A DNA stretch of 64,000 nt from Nitrospirota bacterium (GCA_963840455.1 CAWIYV010000010.1:160001-224000), one strand, 5' to 3'; positions 1 through 10,603 are shown, counted from the stretch's first letter. The notes: generated from the letters alone by a model not told the origin. Program-made: numbers and translations.

Positions 1-762
1 ACCAGGCTGCAGACCGAAGGCCCGGAGGAGCAGAAATATCCACAAGCTCTCCAGCGCCCAGATGACCGTGGTCAGGAGCAGCACGGGCATGATCTCAGCC
101 GGCTCCGGCAGCATGCCCGTCTGGAATGCGCTGATCCTGTGGCGCACAATCTCGGGCACCCACGAGGGCACCGCCCGCTTCAGCACGATGAAGACGACGA
201 TGACCGCGGTGGCTGCTACGGCGAAGAGGCAGGCAATGATCAGCGCCCAGATCACCGGCCGCGGCATGTTGGCGGCAAAGAGATTCCACGATGCGGCCGC
301 AGCCAGGAAAAGCACCATCCAAGCGTCCACGGTGCGCTGAAAGACGATCGATCCGAGGGCAGCGGAACGGCGGACCCCGCAGTTGATCCTGGCAAGGTGG
401 GCGGCGTAGATGTCTCCCAGCTTCGCCGGCACCATATTGTCCACGAACAGGAAAAAGAACGCGAGCAGGCCGTATCGCCCGTTGCCGCACCGTCCCGGTA
501 TATGTTGTAGGCATCGCCTCCACCGCGCCCCGCGCACCGGATAGGTGGCATAGTGCGACAGCGCGGCAAGAAGCAGGAGCTGTTTGTCGCTGGCAGCGAC
601 CTCCCGCCATACCTGCGCCAGGTCCACGTACGAGGCCAGGAGCGCGAAGACCGCCACGGTAACCGCGATGCTGAGGAAGGTGTGCCAGCCCCAGAGCTTT
701 GGGCCAGCCCCTTCAGCGGGGAGAACAGGGTTCTGTTGCTCTTCAAGCGGTGAAATATTCAT
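1..762 (-). CDS. Lysylphosphatidylglycerol synthase TM / UPF0104 flippase-like membrane protein (runs off the window's left edge)
   Basis: Manual translation from ATG 762: MNISPLEEQQ...WGWHTFLSIAVTVAVFALLASYVDL...YPVRGARWRR...FVDNMVPAKLGDIY...GSIVFQRTVD. The RxxRW, NxxxPxxxGD and (E/Q)RxxD motifs are typical of this family. Not in the ORF track because no stop lies inside the window. Confidence 0.8.
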   Translation of the reverse strand, partial: MNISPLEEQQNPVLPAEGAGPKLWGWHTFLSIAVTVAVFALLASYVDLAQVWREVAASDKQLLLLAALSHYATYPVRGARWRRCLQHIPGRCGNGRYGLLAFFFLFVDNMVPAKLGDIYAAHLARINCGVRRSAALGSIVFQRTVDAWMVLFLAAAASWNLFAANMPRPVIWALIIACLFAVAATAVIVVFIVLKRAVPSWVPEIVRHRISAFQTGMLPEPAEIMPVLLLTTVIWALESLWIFLLLRAFGLQPG

Positions 763-800
763 CGTATGTCCCTGATTTCAGCAGCACCGTTTCCCATGAA

Positions 801-2484
801 TCATCGGTCCGGACTGCCGGAAATGAGCAGTCTGTTTCCTTCCTCGTCAATGATGCGGGATACCGCGGCGACCTTCGGGAACTTCGCATACTTTTCCCGC
901 TCGATGACGCAGAGGGTCTTTTTGTTCGAGGCCAGATAAGCAAGCAACTGTTCTTCCGTATGCAGAACCGTTGCCCGCCGGTTCGTGTAAAAGAGCGCTG
1001 AGTCCCAGAGCCTCCAAAAGAAGACCAGCGGTTCCCCGGGGGGAAGCGCACTGTCCATTTCCTTCGCCAGGGTCCTGGTCGAACGATAGGGGTCCATAAT
1101 AGGGGCATAGGCGGTGATGAAGAAGAGCATCCCAACGACGAACGTCGCTGCCAGGGCCGAAAAGGAGGACCAATACTTCCGGGTAAGGAAGAAAAGAAGC
1201 GCGATGAAAAGGATCGACGGTCAACGCGATCAACAGTCCGCTCATGTCCTGGAGGCTCATACCGTAGAGCGTCTGCAGTTTCCTGGCCTCCGGGCGTTTT
1301 ACCATGATATATATTGTTGCGGCAAGGAACAAAACGGGCAGCGGCGCAAGTGACCAGCCGATGCCCTTGCGCAGACCGGCGGCCGTGGTTGTCATCATTT
1401 CGTGCCACAGCCTGCCGACCAAGAGGGCAACGGCAGGAAATGCCGGAAGGATATAGGTAGCCAGCTTGGAGTTCGCAGCCGAGAAAAAAAGGAAGATGAC
1501 GGAAAACCAGAGGAGCAGGAAAAGTACGCCGTCGTCCAGGTTCCTGAGCCCCTGCCTGAGGGGCCGGACCACGGCCAGAGGAACGAAGAACGACCAGGGC
1601 AGCATTCCGCCCAGGAGCACTGGAACATAGTAATAGAAGTGTTCGGGATGATGGGCCTGCACCTTGGACAGGAAGTTCCCAAAATTCTGCTTCAGAAAAA
1701 AGTACGAGGCATAATCCTCATTTCTGATGCTGATGAGCACGTACCAGGGCGCAGCCACAGCGAGAAAAACGAGCGCGCCCCAACCCAAGGACATCTCTTT
1801 CAGGAAGGCCAGCCTGCCCTTTACCAGGAGAAAGAGGCCGATGATCAGGCCGGGCAGCAGAAGCCCGATAGGGCCCTTGGCCAGAACGGCAAAGCCGAGG
1901 GATGCGTAGAACAGGACGAGGTTGACACCGCGCCGGTGTCCGGTGCTGAAAGCGATGAAAAAGAACGATAGGGCGAGGGTGATGAAAAAAGCGAGCGAAA
2001 TGTCGTGCATGACCGACCGGGACAGAACAATGAACTCCGGGCCGGTGGCCAGTACCACACCTCCCAGCAGACCGGCACGGGGCCCGAACAGCCGCCTTCC
2101 GAGCAGATAGGTCACGAGGACCGTACCGAGCCCGAGGAGCGCGGCAGGCATCCGGGCTGCAAACTCCGTGAACCCGAAGACGAGGAATGACAGCGCTGCA
2201 AACCAGTTGAAGAGCACGGTCTTGTCGTAGAAATTTTTCCCGTTCACCCGCGTCGTGACCCAGTCGCCGGAGAGCACCATGTCTTTCGACGTCGAAGCAT
2301 GCATTCCCTCGTCAACATCCCACAGGGGATGACTGCCCAGCTGGAAGAAGAACACAACCAGGCAAAGAACGCAGAGAACGAGGATCGCATAATATTCCTC
2401 TTTCCCGAACTGCTGACCGGTCATGTCACCGGGCTGCGGGGCGTGCCCGGTCAGGACAGGGTCCTTTTCAAACGTAAACGTCAT
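801..2484 (-). CDS. ArnT/GT39-like lipid A glycosyltransferase, with apparent frameshift near 1215
   Basis: ORF 847..2484 has DVDEG, FYDKT-LFNW, TEFAARMP, LAKGPIG, PWY and SKLATYILP motifs. After ...IALTV the sensible TM sequence (ILFIALLFFLTRKYW...MLFFITAYAPIMDPYRS) continues in the frame of ORF 801..1130. Confidence 0.8.
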
Positions 2485-3731
2485 AGCGCTGCTCCTTGCA
2501 CACTGCCCCCGCCGGCACCATCAAGCATCGGACGCAGCATGCCGAAGACCCGCTCGGGGGTGATGACCTGAAGACAGACATTGTCCTTGCACGCGGTCTT
2601 GCGGTGGTTTGCCGCAGAGACACAGGGAGAACATGCCAGCCCGGCGTAGATCGGCGTGGTGTTGCCGAGCGGACAGTAGAGCTTCGGTGTCTCGGGGCCA
2701 AAAAAGACGAACACCGGCATGTCGGTCACCGAGGCAAAGTGCGGTGGCCCTGAATCGTTGCTCAGCATGAAGATGCTTACCGCGTAGAGGGCCGGGAGCT
2801 CAGCGAGGCTCGTCTGCCCCGCAAAGTTGATGCAGCGCGCGCTCGCGGCGCCCGCCTGTATGGCCTCGAGCCATGCATGGTCGCTCCTCCCACCGGTCAG
2901 CAGGATGATAACGTCCGGATAACGGTCCAGAATGGTCCTGGCCAGGGTAATATAATATTCCCGCGGCCAGCGCCGGATCGGCAGCAGGTCCGACGCGTTT
3001 GCGTTGAACAGCACGATCCGGTGCCGCGCGGCGTCATAGACCGGGCAGGCCTCCCTGATCTTCCGCCGTATCGCTTCCCTGTCAGGCCCGCTGATCGCGA
3101 TCTTAGGCAGCCCGACCTCCTCGTCGGAGATGAACGTCTTGGACATCGGGAACTCGTCGTCGTCTGCCTTCAGGGCGTTCCCCAGAGCGATGAAGTTTTT
3201 CGACATGTGGAGGTGAGGATTGTAGACCACTTTGTGCGTCAGAAAGTTCCCTCGATAAAGCCCCTCGTTATGGAACGCATGGAACCCGACGGTGCGCCGC
3301 GCGCCGGAAAATCCCGTGAGCAGGGCCGTGAACCGTGAAAAGAGCTCCATGTCGATGACCGTATCGATCCGGCTACGGCGCGTCCAGAACAGGAATGCCA
3401 CAGCGTCGGATGCGAGCCGCAGGAACGAGCTGTCGTCTATCGTGAAGACGTTCTCCGCGGGGACCGTGCCCAGGAGCTCGAGGCTCTGCCGGTTTTTTTT
3501 AAAAATAGCAAAAAAGATATCGGCTTTCAGGTCCCGCTTCAGCATGCGCATGGCCGGATCCGCCAGGATCGTGCTCCCCATTTCTGAGAGTTCCATGAGA
3601 ACGATATTCTTCGGGCCCACGTCTCTCGTGTGCGAAGCGAAAAGCCCAATCAGCTTCCGGACAAGCGTCCCCGCAAAACACAACGGCACACCGAGAAAAT
3701 AGTCCACTTTTCGCATGGTGTCGACGTTCAT
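2481..3731 (-). CDS. Glycosyltransferase family 9 (ADP-heptose:LPS heptosyltransferase-like)
   Basis: LSEMGSTIL, RRWP, NFAGQTSL, SNDSGPPHFA and FFGPETP motifs. Start placed at MNVDTM, behind a GAAGGAG RBS. Confidence 0.85.
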   Translation of the reverse strand: MNVDTMRKVDYFLGVPLCFAGTLVRKLIGLFASHTRDVGPKNIVLMELSEMGSTILADPAMRMLKRDLKADIFFAIFKKNRQSLELLGTVPAENVFTIDDSSFLRLASDAVAFLFWTRRSRIDTVIDMELFSRFTALLTGFSGARRTVGFHAFHNEGLYRGNFLTHKVVYNPHLHMSKNFIALGNALKADDDEFPMSKTFISDEEVGLPKIAISGPDREAIRRKIREACPVYDAARHRIVLFNANASDLLPIRRWPREYYITLARTILDRYPDVIILLTGGRSDHAWLEAIQAGAASARCINFAGQTSLAELPALYAVSIFMLSNDSGPPHFASVTDMPVFVFFGPETPKLYCPLGNTTPIYAGLACSPCVSAANHRKTACKDNVCLQVITPERVFGMLRPMLDGAGGGSVQGAAL

Positions 3732-4246
3732 GATCCGCTCCTTCTGCGGGGCACCTAGCTGCCAGGGTGGTACCGACCCTTCCTCCACGTACCCGCTTGG
3801 GGGGCGCTGGTCTACGGTGCATAACGACCGCCACCCCTTGGCGATGTGAACGTCAATGAAATCTGGCTGTTCGGATTTCGGGTGTTATTTCCGACCGCTC
3901 ACTTACACGAGCATTAATCTTTGTCATGATCGGTTTTACGGGGATGGGATCTGCCTTACCTGCCAAGCTGTCATCATGACTCTGCCAGGATATGAGCCAA
4001 GCCAAAATATTTGAACATCTATTCCCTATTCGTAAGGACCGGTCAGACATTATGAGAGATAATGATGCGTTTTTCAAGCCAGAAATATTACACCCATCAT
4101 CCGCAGTCAACCTGACGCCATGCCCGTAATGTAGCTCCACCGGTCCCAGCTCAGCCAATCGGTTGAAGCACTGGACGACAGTCATGCTCGCGCTCATCCA
4201 CCATCTCGACCTGATCGATCTCCGGTCGAACAGCAGCGGCCATCTT

Positions 4247-4468
4247 CTAGCTCCTGCGAGTCGCACTGCTGCCGGAAAACCGTAAGCTGACCGGCACGTC
4301 GCTGGCTCGGATGAAATCCACTTTACCCACCGCGAGCCCGATGGGCGGCATGATCACGTCGCTCACAAGCGAGCTCACGATCTTCCCGAAAACCCCGCCG
4401 ATGATGACCGCAACTGCCAGGTCGAGCACGTTTCCTCGCATGACGAATGCCTTAAACTCCTTGAGCAT
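4247..4468 (-). pseudogene. mscL: Truncated large-conductance mechanosensitive channel
   Basis: [44 protein letters not shown]...VDF is canonical MscL N-terminus plus TM1. The sequence then turns unrelated and stops at 73 aa with no TM2. Confidence 0.8.
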
Positions 4469-4513
4469 GGCAATTTTCCTTTCTCGTACCGGCCGCGCGA
4501 GGACAGGCTCTGC

Positions 4514-5599
4514 TTAGATCGTCCGCGCGTCGGCCTTTCGTTGTTCCATGAGCAGCGCGAATACATGGTCGAGCATCTCCTCGCGCTTATCCTGCAAAAG
4601 GTCTTCGTGACGCGCCTCTGCTCCCCTTGGGGCAGGCGCCTGCACGTCGGCCCGGAACTCAGAGATAAGCGCGACGAGGGCGCGCTCGATCTGCGCAAAT
4701 GATTCATTATCGCGGCCCGCGTCGGCCTTCTTCGCCCGTTCGGCCCTGCCGATCAGCTCCGTGAGCAGGGCAGCGTGTTTCTTTGCGTGTTCGGAGAAGC
4801 CTTCGTAGATCCCCCTGACGATGCGCACGTCACCCAGCACCAGCTGGGTCAACCGCTGTGACAGCTGTGCCACCTCGGCCTTCACCGATTCAAGATACTC
4901 AGTCGTGATCGCCCCCATCTGTCGCCGCTCCCGCACCTCGTCCTTGAAGTGCGCCTTGAGGTCCTCGATCAGCTGCTCCGTCTTTTTCCCTCCGATCTTG
5001 AGATCCCTGAGGGTCGCGATGGCGTCCTCGCACAGCTGCTGGATCTTCACGATGTTATCGCGCACGTAGGAAGCGATGTGGCAGAGCTCACTGGTGAGCA
5101 TATGCCGCTGTTTGCTGAGGGCCTCCAGGTCCCTTTTCCGCTGTTCGATCAGGGTCTGGAGCCGGGCGATCTTCTGCTGATCGTCCTTCTTCTTCGAGTT
5201 GAGCCTGTTCACCTCTTCCTCGGCAGACCGGACGAACTTCTCCGGCTTGATGAAGTCGAGCTGCAGGAGCTGATGGAGGTGGTACGTGTACTCCTCGATC
5301 GCAATCCGGAGCGCGGGCCTAAAGAACCGCGTGTGGGACAGCACGCCCAGCAGCATCCGTTCGCTGGGGTCCACGCGCACCAGGCCGTGCACGAGCCCCT
5401 GCTCGTACGCTGCCACACGTTCCAGGGAGCCTGCGAAGACCGCCAGTTCATCCTGGTGCGTCTCTGTCCTACCGGGTAAGCGCTTTGACCGGAGGAAGGT
5501 CGCGAGATCGGCTGCGCCAGGCTGGAGCGACTCGTTCGATTTGAACCGTAGTCCGAAGATGGAAGTATCCATGGTGTGCTTGGTCGGAGAAGGGCTCAT
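4514..5599 (-). CDS. Hypothetical coiled-coil protein
   Basis: 361-aa ORF, helical and rich in E/K/L/Q, directly downstream of the macro-domain gene. Confidence 0.7.
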   Translation of the reverse strand: MSPSPTKHTMDTSIFGLRFKSNESLQPGAADLATFLRSKRLPGRTETHQDELAVFAGSLERVAAYEQGLVHGLVRVDPSERMLLGVLSHTRFFRPALRIAIEEYTYHLHQLLQLDFIKPEKFVRSAEEEVNRLNSKKKDDQQKIARLQTLIEQRKRDLEALSKQRHMLTSELCHIASYVRDNIVKIQQLCEDAIATLRDLKIGGKKTEQLIEDLKAHFKDEVRERRQMGAITTEYLESVKAEVAQLSQRLTQLVLGDVRIVRGIYEGFSEHAKKHAALLTELIGRAERAKKADAGRDNESFAQIERALVALISEFRADVQAPAPRGAEARHEDLLQDKREEMLDHVFALLMEQRKADARTI

Positions 5600-5602
5600 C
5601 GC

Positions 5603-6147
5603 TCATGCGATGAGCTCGATCTCCTTCTTGAACAGGCCATATGCCTCATTGTCGGTGATGCAGAACTCGACCAGCTGCAGTGACGTTCTTGCGGCTCCCT
5701 TGAGGAATGCCGCGGTCTCGCCCACGATGATCTTTGCGCACCGGTCCTTGGGGAAGCCGAAGATGCCGGCGCTGATGGCAGGAACCGAGAGGCTGTGGAG
5801 CCCTTTTCCGACGCGAGCCTCAGCACGCTGGTGATGGCGCGTTTCAGCTTGTTGTCCTCGTCCCCCTCGCCCATCCTCGGCCCCACGGCGTGAATGACCT
5901 GGCGCGCCTTGAGCTTCCCCGCGGAGGTCATGGCAGCGCTCCCGACGGGAACGAAGCCGATCGCGTCGCTCTCCTCTTGGATGACCTGTCCGCCCTTCCG
6001 CACGATGGCGCCGGCCACGCCGCCGCCGTGCTGGAGCCGGCTGTTCGCGGCGTTCACGATGGCGTCGACGTCGCGCTCCGTGAGGTCCGCCGATACGAGC
6101 CGGAGGACTGCGCTGCCGATCGCTCTCTCAAGAGGCTCCCTGTCCAT
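5603..6147 (-). CDS. Macro domain protein (YmdB-like ADP-ribose/O-acetyl-ADP-ribose hydrolase), frameshift near 5802
   Basis: [25 protein letters not shown]...VIHAVGP. The C-terminal motif [15 protein letters not shown] lies in a shifted frame after a G run and ends at TGA 5603-5605. Confidence 0.85.
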
Positions 6148-6253
6148 GTCCGCTCGCTCCCCGAACAGACTTTGATCTCACCGACGAGTTGAACTTGATG
6201 AGCGGTGCGTTGCGCTGCGCCATGACTGCAGCACCTGATCTCACACAAAAAAA

Positions 6254-7027
6254 TTACGTCGGTCTGAGGCCTTTTGTGACCTCTTCCCCGATGAACTGCC
6301 GGAGCAATTCCTTATCCTCGGGCGCGATCCTGATGAACCGGATCCCCATGCCGGGCTCTCCGAACGTTCCCTCGCCAAATCCATGACTGTGGAGGACCAC
6401 GGCTTCCAGAGAAATGGTCCTGTCTTTGACGATGATCTGCATGGTAATCGGTGCATTCATGGGGAGGATCTTAAGCGTCCGCACGTACATGCCGGCCTCC
6501 GACATCACGGCTGCGCACAGACCCTGCGTGCCGCAGTCCAGTGGTGTGTTGTCTATGGTCATGGGCAGCCGGGTGTAGATGCGGATATGCTCGCGAGGGC
6601 GCTTGTTTTCACCCGGCCTGTCCTCGATCGCCAACTGAACGGCGTGGAAGAGTTCCTCAGCCTGGACAGGCTTCCTGATGCAGAAGGCTGCTCCGGCCTC
6701 GCGGCATGACTTCTCGGTTTCCGGGGACATATCCATCGTCTTGATAATCACGGGGACTGCGGCCATCCTAGGATCCAGCCTGAATCGCCGCATGAGGTCG
6801 AAGCCGCTTATTCCCGGAGGCAGTTCCACGATGAAGAGAGCCGGCAGGGCGATCCGCGCCATCGCTTGGGCCTCGTCAACGGTCATGGCTGTACAGACCT
6901 TGTAGGAGAACCGTTGAAGGAGCATGGATGTGTAAAAGAGATCGCCGGCGTCTCTGTCCACGACCATGAGAAAGCGGATGCTACCCCCAGTATTTCCGGG
7001 GTTTTTTGATGTTACATCGAGAACCAT
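6254..7027 (-). CDS. Receiver-like domain + PilZ domain protein
   Basis: N-terminal receiver fold (PGISGFDL, IRKPV) and C-terminal RxxxR (REHIR), SEAG and GMGIRF. Confidence 0.75.
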   Translation of the reverse strand: MVLDVTSKNPGNTGGSIRFLMVVDRDAGDLFYTSMLLQRFSYKVCTAMTVDEAQAMARIALPALFIVELPPGISGFDLMRRFRLDPRMAAVPVIIKTMDMSPETEKSCREAGAAFCIRKPVQAEELFHAVQLAIEDRPGENKRPREHIRIYTRLPMTIDNTPLDCGTQGLCAAVMSEAGMYVRTLKILPMNAPITMQIIVKDRTISLEAVVLHSHGFGEGTFGEPGMGIRFIRIAPEDKELLRQFIGEEVTKGLRPT

Positions 7028-7083
7028 GTCGTTCGCACCTCACTGCTTGCTTTTCCGCCTAGGTTTTCTTGTCCACCATTTCC

Positions 7084-8709
7084 TTATTCTTCCTTCTTCT
7101 GGAACCTTGCCTGGAGCTCCTCGAACGCCGTCATGGCCGCAGTGGAGCCCTGGGCGACAGCGACCACGATCTGCTTCGGGCTGCCGGTGATGTCGCCGGC
7201 CGCATATACATGGGGCAGGGACGTCCGCATCGTGGCGAGGTCGGTCTTGATGTAGCCCTGGTCGTCGAGCTCCACGCCCAGCTGTTTGGCGATCTCGTTG
7301 TTCGGGATGTAGCCGATGGCGACGAACACGCCGTCCACGGTCATCCCCACCGCCGTTCCCGCCTTCTTGTCCTCGATCTTGATGGACCGCACGACCTTGT
7401 CGCCGTGGATCTCTTTCACCTCGCTGTTCCAGAGCACCGGAATGCCCGTCTGCCTAAGGCTTTCCTGGAGCCGCGCCTCGGCCCTGAGGGCGTCCCGCCT
7501 ATGGACCAGGGTCACCTGCGCGCCGAGGTTATGGAGATAGAGCGCGTCCGTCACCGCCGTGTTCCCGCCGCCGACTACGACCACCTTCTTGCCGTCCTTG
7601 AAGAAGTACCCGTCGCAGGTGGCGCAGTAGCTCACGCCCCTGCCGTAGAACTTCTGGGTGCCGGCCGCGTCAAGCGCCCGGTTGCCCACGCCCGTGGCGA
7701 TGAGGAGCGCTTTGGTGATGTAGAGGGCATGGTTCGTCTTGAGGTGGATCAGGCCATCCTGGTCGTCGCGGGTCGCCTCGGTCACGTATTCGCCGATGTG
7801 GACCTCGGAATACTGGGACGCCTGCTGGGCGATGAGGTCCACCAGGCTCTTGCCGCCGATGCGCATGAATCCCGGGTAGTTCTCGACCACGGGCGTGATG
7901 GCCACCTGGCCGCCGAGATTGCTCTTCTCAACGACGATGCAGTCAAGACCCGCGCGGGTCGCATAGATGGCCGCCGTAAGCCCCGCGGGCCCGCCACCGA
8001 CAATGACCAGGTCCTTCTTCACGGGCTCGCCCGAGATCTGGGTGGACGCAACCACCGGCTCCTTGAGCGTGAGCAGGGACTCGACGAACAGCGGCTCGGG
8101 CTGGAGCCCGGCGCCGGTGAAAATGGTGTTCACGAAGGTCTGGGGGACGCTCAGCGACCCGAGGCTCTCGGCAAGGTCATGGTTCTCATAGATCTCGATG
8201 GCATCGGCCGAAATGAGATCCGGCCTGACCACAGCTGCGGAGAAGGCCGCGAGGACCTGCTGGGGACAGTAGGGGCAGGTGGGACTGATGAAGACCTGGA
8301 TGTCGCGCTTATCGCGAAGTTCTGCGAGCCGCCTGGCCGCTTCCTCCGACAGCACGGTCTTCGCTGTTGACACCATCATGATGGCGACCAGCAGGGATTT
8401 GCCCTCCTCGCCCAGCGGTGCGCCGGTGTAGCGGATGCGGTACTTGTCCGGAGCGATCAGCACCGAGGGCGATCGGGTCACTCCCCGCTTTTGCGCCTGC
8501 GCGTCGCCGATGGCATGGAAGGAGACCTTCAGCTTGTCGGACAGCCCTGCCAAGGTCCGGAAGAGGGAGACAGCGGCATCGTTGAACTTGTCATTGATAC
8601 CGGCCAGGGTGAAGACCTCGACGGGCACGGGGTCCTTCAGCTGGCTGAGAAAGGTCTCGCGGATCACGTTCTTGACATCGTCAGGGATTAGTTCTTCTTG
8701 TTCGGCCAT
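7084..8709 (-). CDS. Thioredoxin reductase with N-terminal protein-disulfide-oxidoreductase (AhpF-N-like) domains
   Basis: SPTCPYCP in the N-terminal domain, then GGGPAGLTAA, GVSYCATCDG, GGGNTA and YAAGD. Confidence 0.9.
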   Translation of the reverse strand: MAEQEELIPDDVKNVIRETFLSQLKDPVPVEVFTLAGINDKFNDAAVSLFRTLAGLSDKLKVSFHAIGDAQAQKRGVTRSPSVLIAPDKYRIRYTGAPLGEEGKSLLVAIMMVSTAKTVLSEEAARRLAELRDKRDIQVFISPTCPYCPQQVLAAFSAAVVRPDLISADAIEIYENHDLAESLGSLSVPQTFVNTIFTGAGLQPEPLFVESLLTLKEPVVASTQISGEPVKKDLVIVGGGPAGLTAAIYATRAGLDCIVVEKSNLGGQVAITPVVENYPGFMRIGGKSLVDLIAQQASQYSEVHIGEYVTEATRDDQDGLIHLKTNHALYITKALLIATGVGNRALDAAGTQKFYGRGVSYCATCDGYFFKDGKKVVVVGGGNTAVTDALYLHNLGAQVTLVHRRDALRAEARLQESLRQTGIPVLWNSEVKEIHGDKVVRSIKIEDKKAGTAVGMTVDGVFVAIGYIPNNEIAKQLGVELDDQGYIKTDLATMRTSLPHVYAAGDITGSPKQIVVAVAQGSTAAMTAFEELQARFQKKEE

Positions 8710-8848
8710 GGGTTCTCCCGTGATCTATGATACGATCGGCACGCAATGGGGTAACAGGGTCGAGGGGCCGGGGTCATGGGTCAAGCAAAACATTTTCAGA
8801 CCGGAGCGTCTCCCGCCTGACCCCTTACGCTTCACGACAGAGGGTAAC

Positions 8849-9406
8849 TTACTTTATCCGGTTCGATATGGCCTTGAACTCCGGCGTGCCGGCAACGCCC
8901 AGGATCTGGAACAGGACCGTTTCGGTGTTGGTCAGCACACCCCCGGCATCGCGGATGAGCTCCAGCCCGGAACGCCAGTTCGCCTTGGTGCGGGAGCACG
9001 CGGCATCGGTCACGAGATGGACATCGAAGCCCGCCTTAATGAGTCCAAGGCTGGTCTGGAGCACGCAGATGTGGGTCTCCATGCCGGTGACGATGATCTT
9101 CTTCTTCCCCAGCCGCTTCATCTGCTCGTTGAAAGATGCCTCGCCGCAGCAGTTGAATGAGACCTTCTCTATGGGCAGGTAGGCAGGCAGGGCCGATTGG
9201 ATCTCGGGCAACGTCTTCCCGAGTCCCTTCGGGTACTGCTCGGTAACCACGACCGGGATGTTCAGCATCTTGGCCAGCTCGACCAGGTGCAGGGTGTTCC
9301 TGACCACCATCTCTTTCTTGTCCATCACCACGGCAAGCCGCTCCTGGATGTCGATGATCAGGAGCGCCGCGTTGTTCCTGTCGAGCATGTACTTGTCCAC
9401 TGCCAT
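8849..9406 (-). CDS. Isochorismatase-family cysteine hydrolase
   Basis: IIDIQERL, TEQYPKGLG, EKVSF and GMETHICVLQT motifs. Confidence 0.9.
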   Translation of the reverse strand: MAVDKYMLDRNNAALLIIDIQERLAVVMDKKEMVVRNTLHLVELAKMLNIPVVVTEQYPKGLGKTLPEIQSALPAYLPIEKVSFNCCGEASFNEQMKRLGKKKIIVTGMETHICVLQTSLGLIKAGFDVHLVTDAACSRTKANWRSGLELIRDAGGVLTNTETVLFQILGVAGTPEFKAISNRIK

Positions 9407-9490
9407 GCTTTTCCTCCCTGTTATAAATTGACTACAGAATCACAGATCCGCACTCGTCACTCCGCGCTTCAGACGGCATCCTGCCGTCGC

Positions 9491-9706
9491 TCACACCCCT
9501 CAGGACCCGCCGTAGCCGACCGTCACCTTGCCTCCCTCGACGATCACCGGTACATTGCGCCTGCCCTGGGAGTACTTTAGCATCTCGTCGAGCTTAGCGG
9601 CGTCATGCTTCACATCAACGTAGTCCGCCTTGTCGCCGTAGGCCTCACGGGCCTTGTCGGTGTACGGTCAGCCCGATTTCCCGTAGATCGTTACCTTGTC
9701 CGCCAT
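9491..9706 (-). CDS. Glutaredoxin-like selenoprotein with two Sec (UXX-star-type C-terminus)
   Basis: Manual translation MADKVTIYGKSG-U-PYTDKAREAYGDKADYVDVKHDAAKLDEMLKYSQGRRNVPVIVEGGKVTVGYGGS-U-GV*. UGA codons at 9668-9670 and 9500-9502 are each followed by a hairpin. Grx features UPYT and the cis-Pro VPVI are present. Purine-rich RBS (AAGGGGG). Confidence 0.9.
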
Positions 9707-9810
9707 GTTCAGGCCCCCTTTTCCCGATGGTCTTTCCCGAACCGTTCTGATAAAATTGTATCATAGTAGCCTGGAAGCACCAAATTAATTTCTTTTATAT
9801 CCACGACATA

Positions 9811-9839
9811 GGAACAAATCTCTTTTCGTTCATGTCTAA
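9811..9839 (+). promoter_or_regulatory. ECF sigma promoter (autoregulatory)
   Basis: GGAACA-N17-GTCTAA upstream of the ECF sigma gene, with the same spacing as the copy at 11722. Confidence 0.65.
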
Positions 9840-9855
9840 TATTCCAGCTAACATC

Positions 9856-10440
9856 GTGGACGATGATGCGGCCCTGGTCGCGTTGGCCCAACAGGGCGAC
9901 CTGTCCGCATTTGAGGTGCTTGTGGCAAGACACCAGAAGCGGATGCTGAACATCGCATTACGTATCATCGGCGAATATGAAGATGCCTGCGAGGTGACGC
10001 AGGACGCTTTCGTCTCTGCATACAGGAACCTTAATGGCTTCCGGGCGGAAGCGAAATTCTCGACCTGGCTCACCGCCATTGCCGTGAACCTGTCGAAGAA
10101 CCGCCTGAAGCGGGTGATCATCAGGCAGAAGAGGGAACCCGTGTCGCTCGACGCGCCGATCCGGACGGACGATGGTGAGGTGATGCCTGACCCGCCATCA
10201 AAGGAACCGTCGGTGCTCGACCGAATGGAGAGGCAGGATGTGAAGCGGGCGGTCCAGGACTGCATCCAGGCCCTGGAACCAGACTTCCGCGAGGTGCTGG
10301 TGCTGCGGGATATGCAGGACTTCTCGTATGATGAGATCGGAGGCATGCTGAAGGTCGCGGCGGGCACCGTGAAATCCCGGCTGTTCCGCGCGCGGGAGTC
10401 GGTGAAGGAGTGCCTGAAGAAGGCGATGGGAAGCTTTTGA
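9856..10440 (+). CDS. ECF RNA polymerase sigma-70 factor
   Basis: DDAALV..AQQGD..AFE, FSTWL, LSKN, FSYDEI and GTVKSRLFRAR. GTG 9856 is preferred over ATG 9832, which overlaps the ECF -10 element. Confidence 0.9.
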   Translation: MDDDAALVALAQQGDLSAFEVLVARHQKRMLNIALRIIGEYEDACEVTQDAFVSAYRNLNGFRAEAKFSTWLTAIAVNLSKNRLKRVIIRQKREPVSLDAPIRTDDGEVMPDPPSKEPSVLDRMERQDVKRAVQDCIQALEPDFREVLVLRDMQDFSYDEIGGMLKVAAGTVKSRLFRARESVKECLKKAMGSF

Positions 10441-10471
10441 TGACAGGAAGAGAGACAGATCAAACACCCGA

Positions 10472-10603
10472 ACCGCGAAGGCGCGAAGGACGCGAAGGAA
10501 ATCTAGTTCAACATCCATGCATTGAATGCTGCAGTGAACCTAGCTATTATTTTAACTGAAAGAATGAGCCTTGCCTTTCTCGCGCTCGTCGCGCCTTCGC
10601 GGT
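10472..10603. repeat. REP-like inverted repeat flanking an AT-rich spacer
   Basis: ACCGCGAAGGCGCGA (10472-10486) pairs perfectly with TCGCGCCTTCGCGGT (10589-10603). Related half-units occur at ~17221 and ~37340. Confidence 0.6.

Noticed and set aside
3853-4266. 137-aa minus-strand ORF after the mscL remnant
   Set aside because: Atypical composition, no motifs, and it overlaps promoter-like elements.
8745-8840. Degenerate heptamer-like tracts (also ~13280-13350, ~35675-35705, ~41690-41815) as CRISPR or ncRNA
   Set aside because: Short, irregular intergenic repeats with no constant repeat/spacer periodicity.
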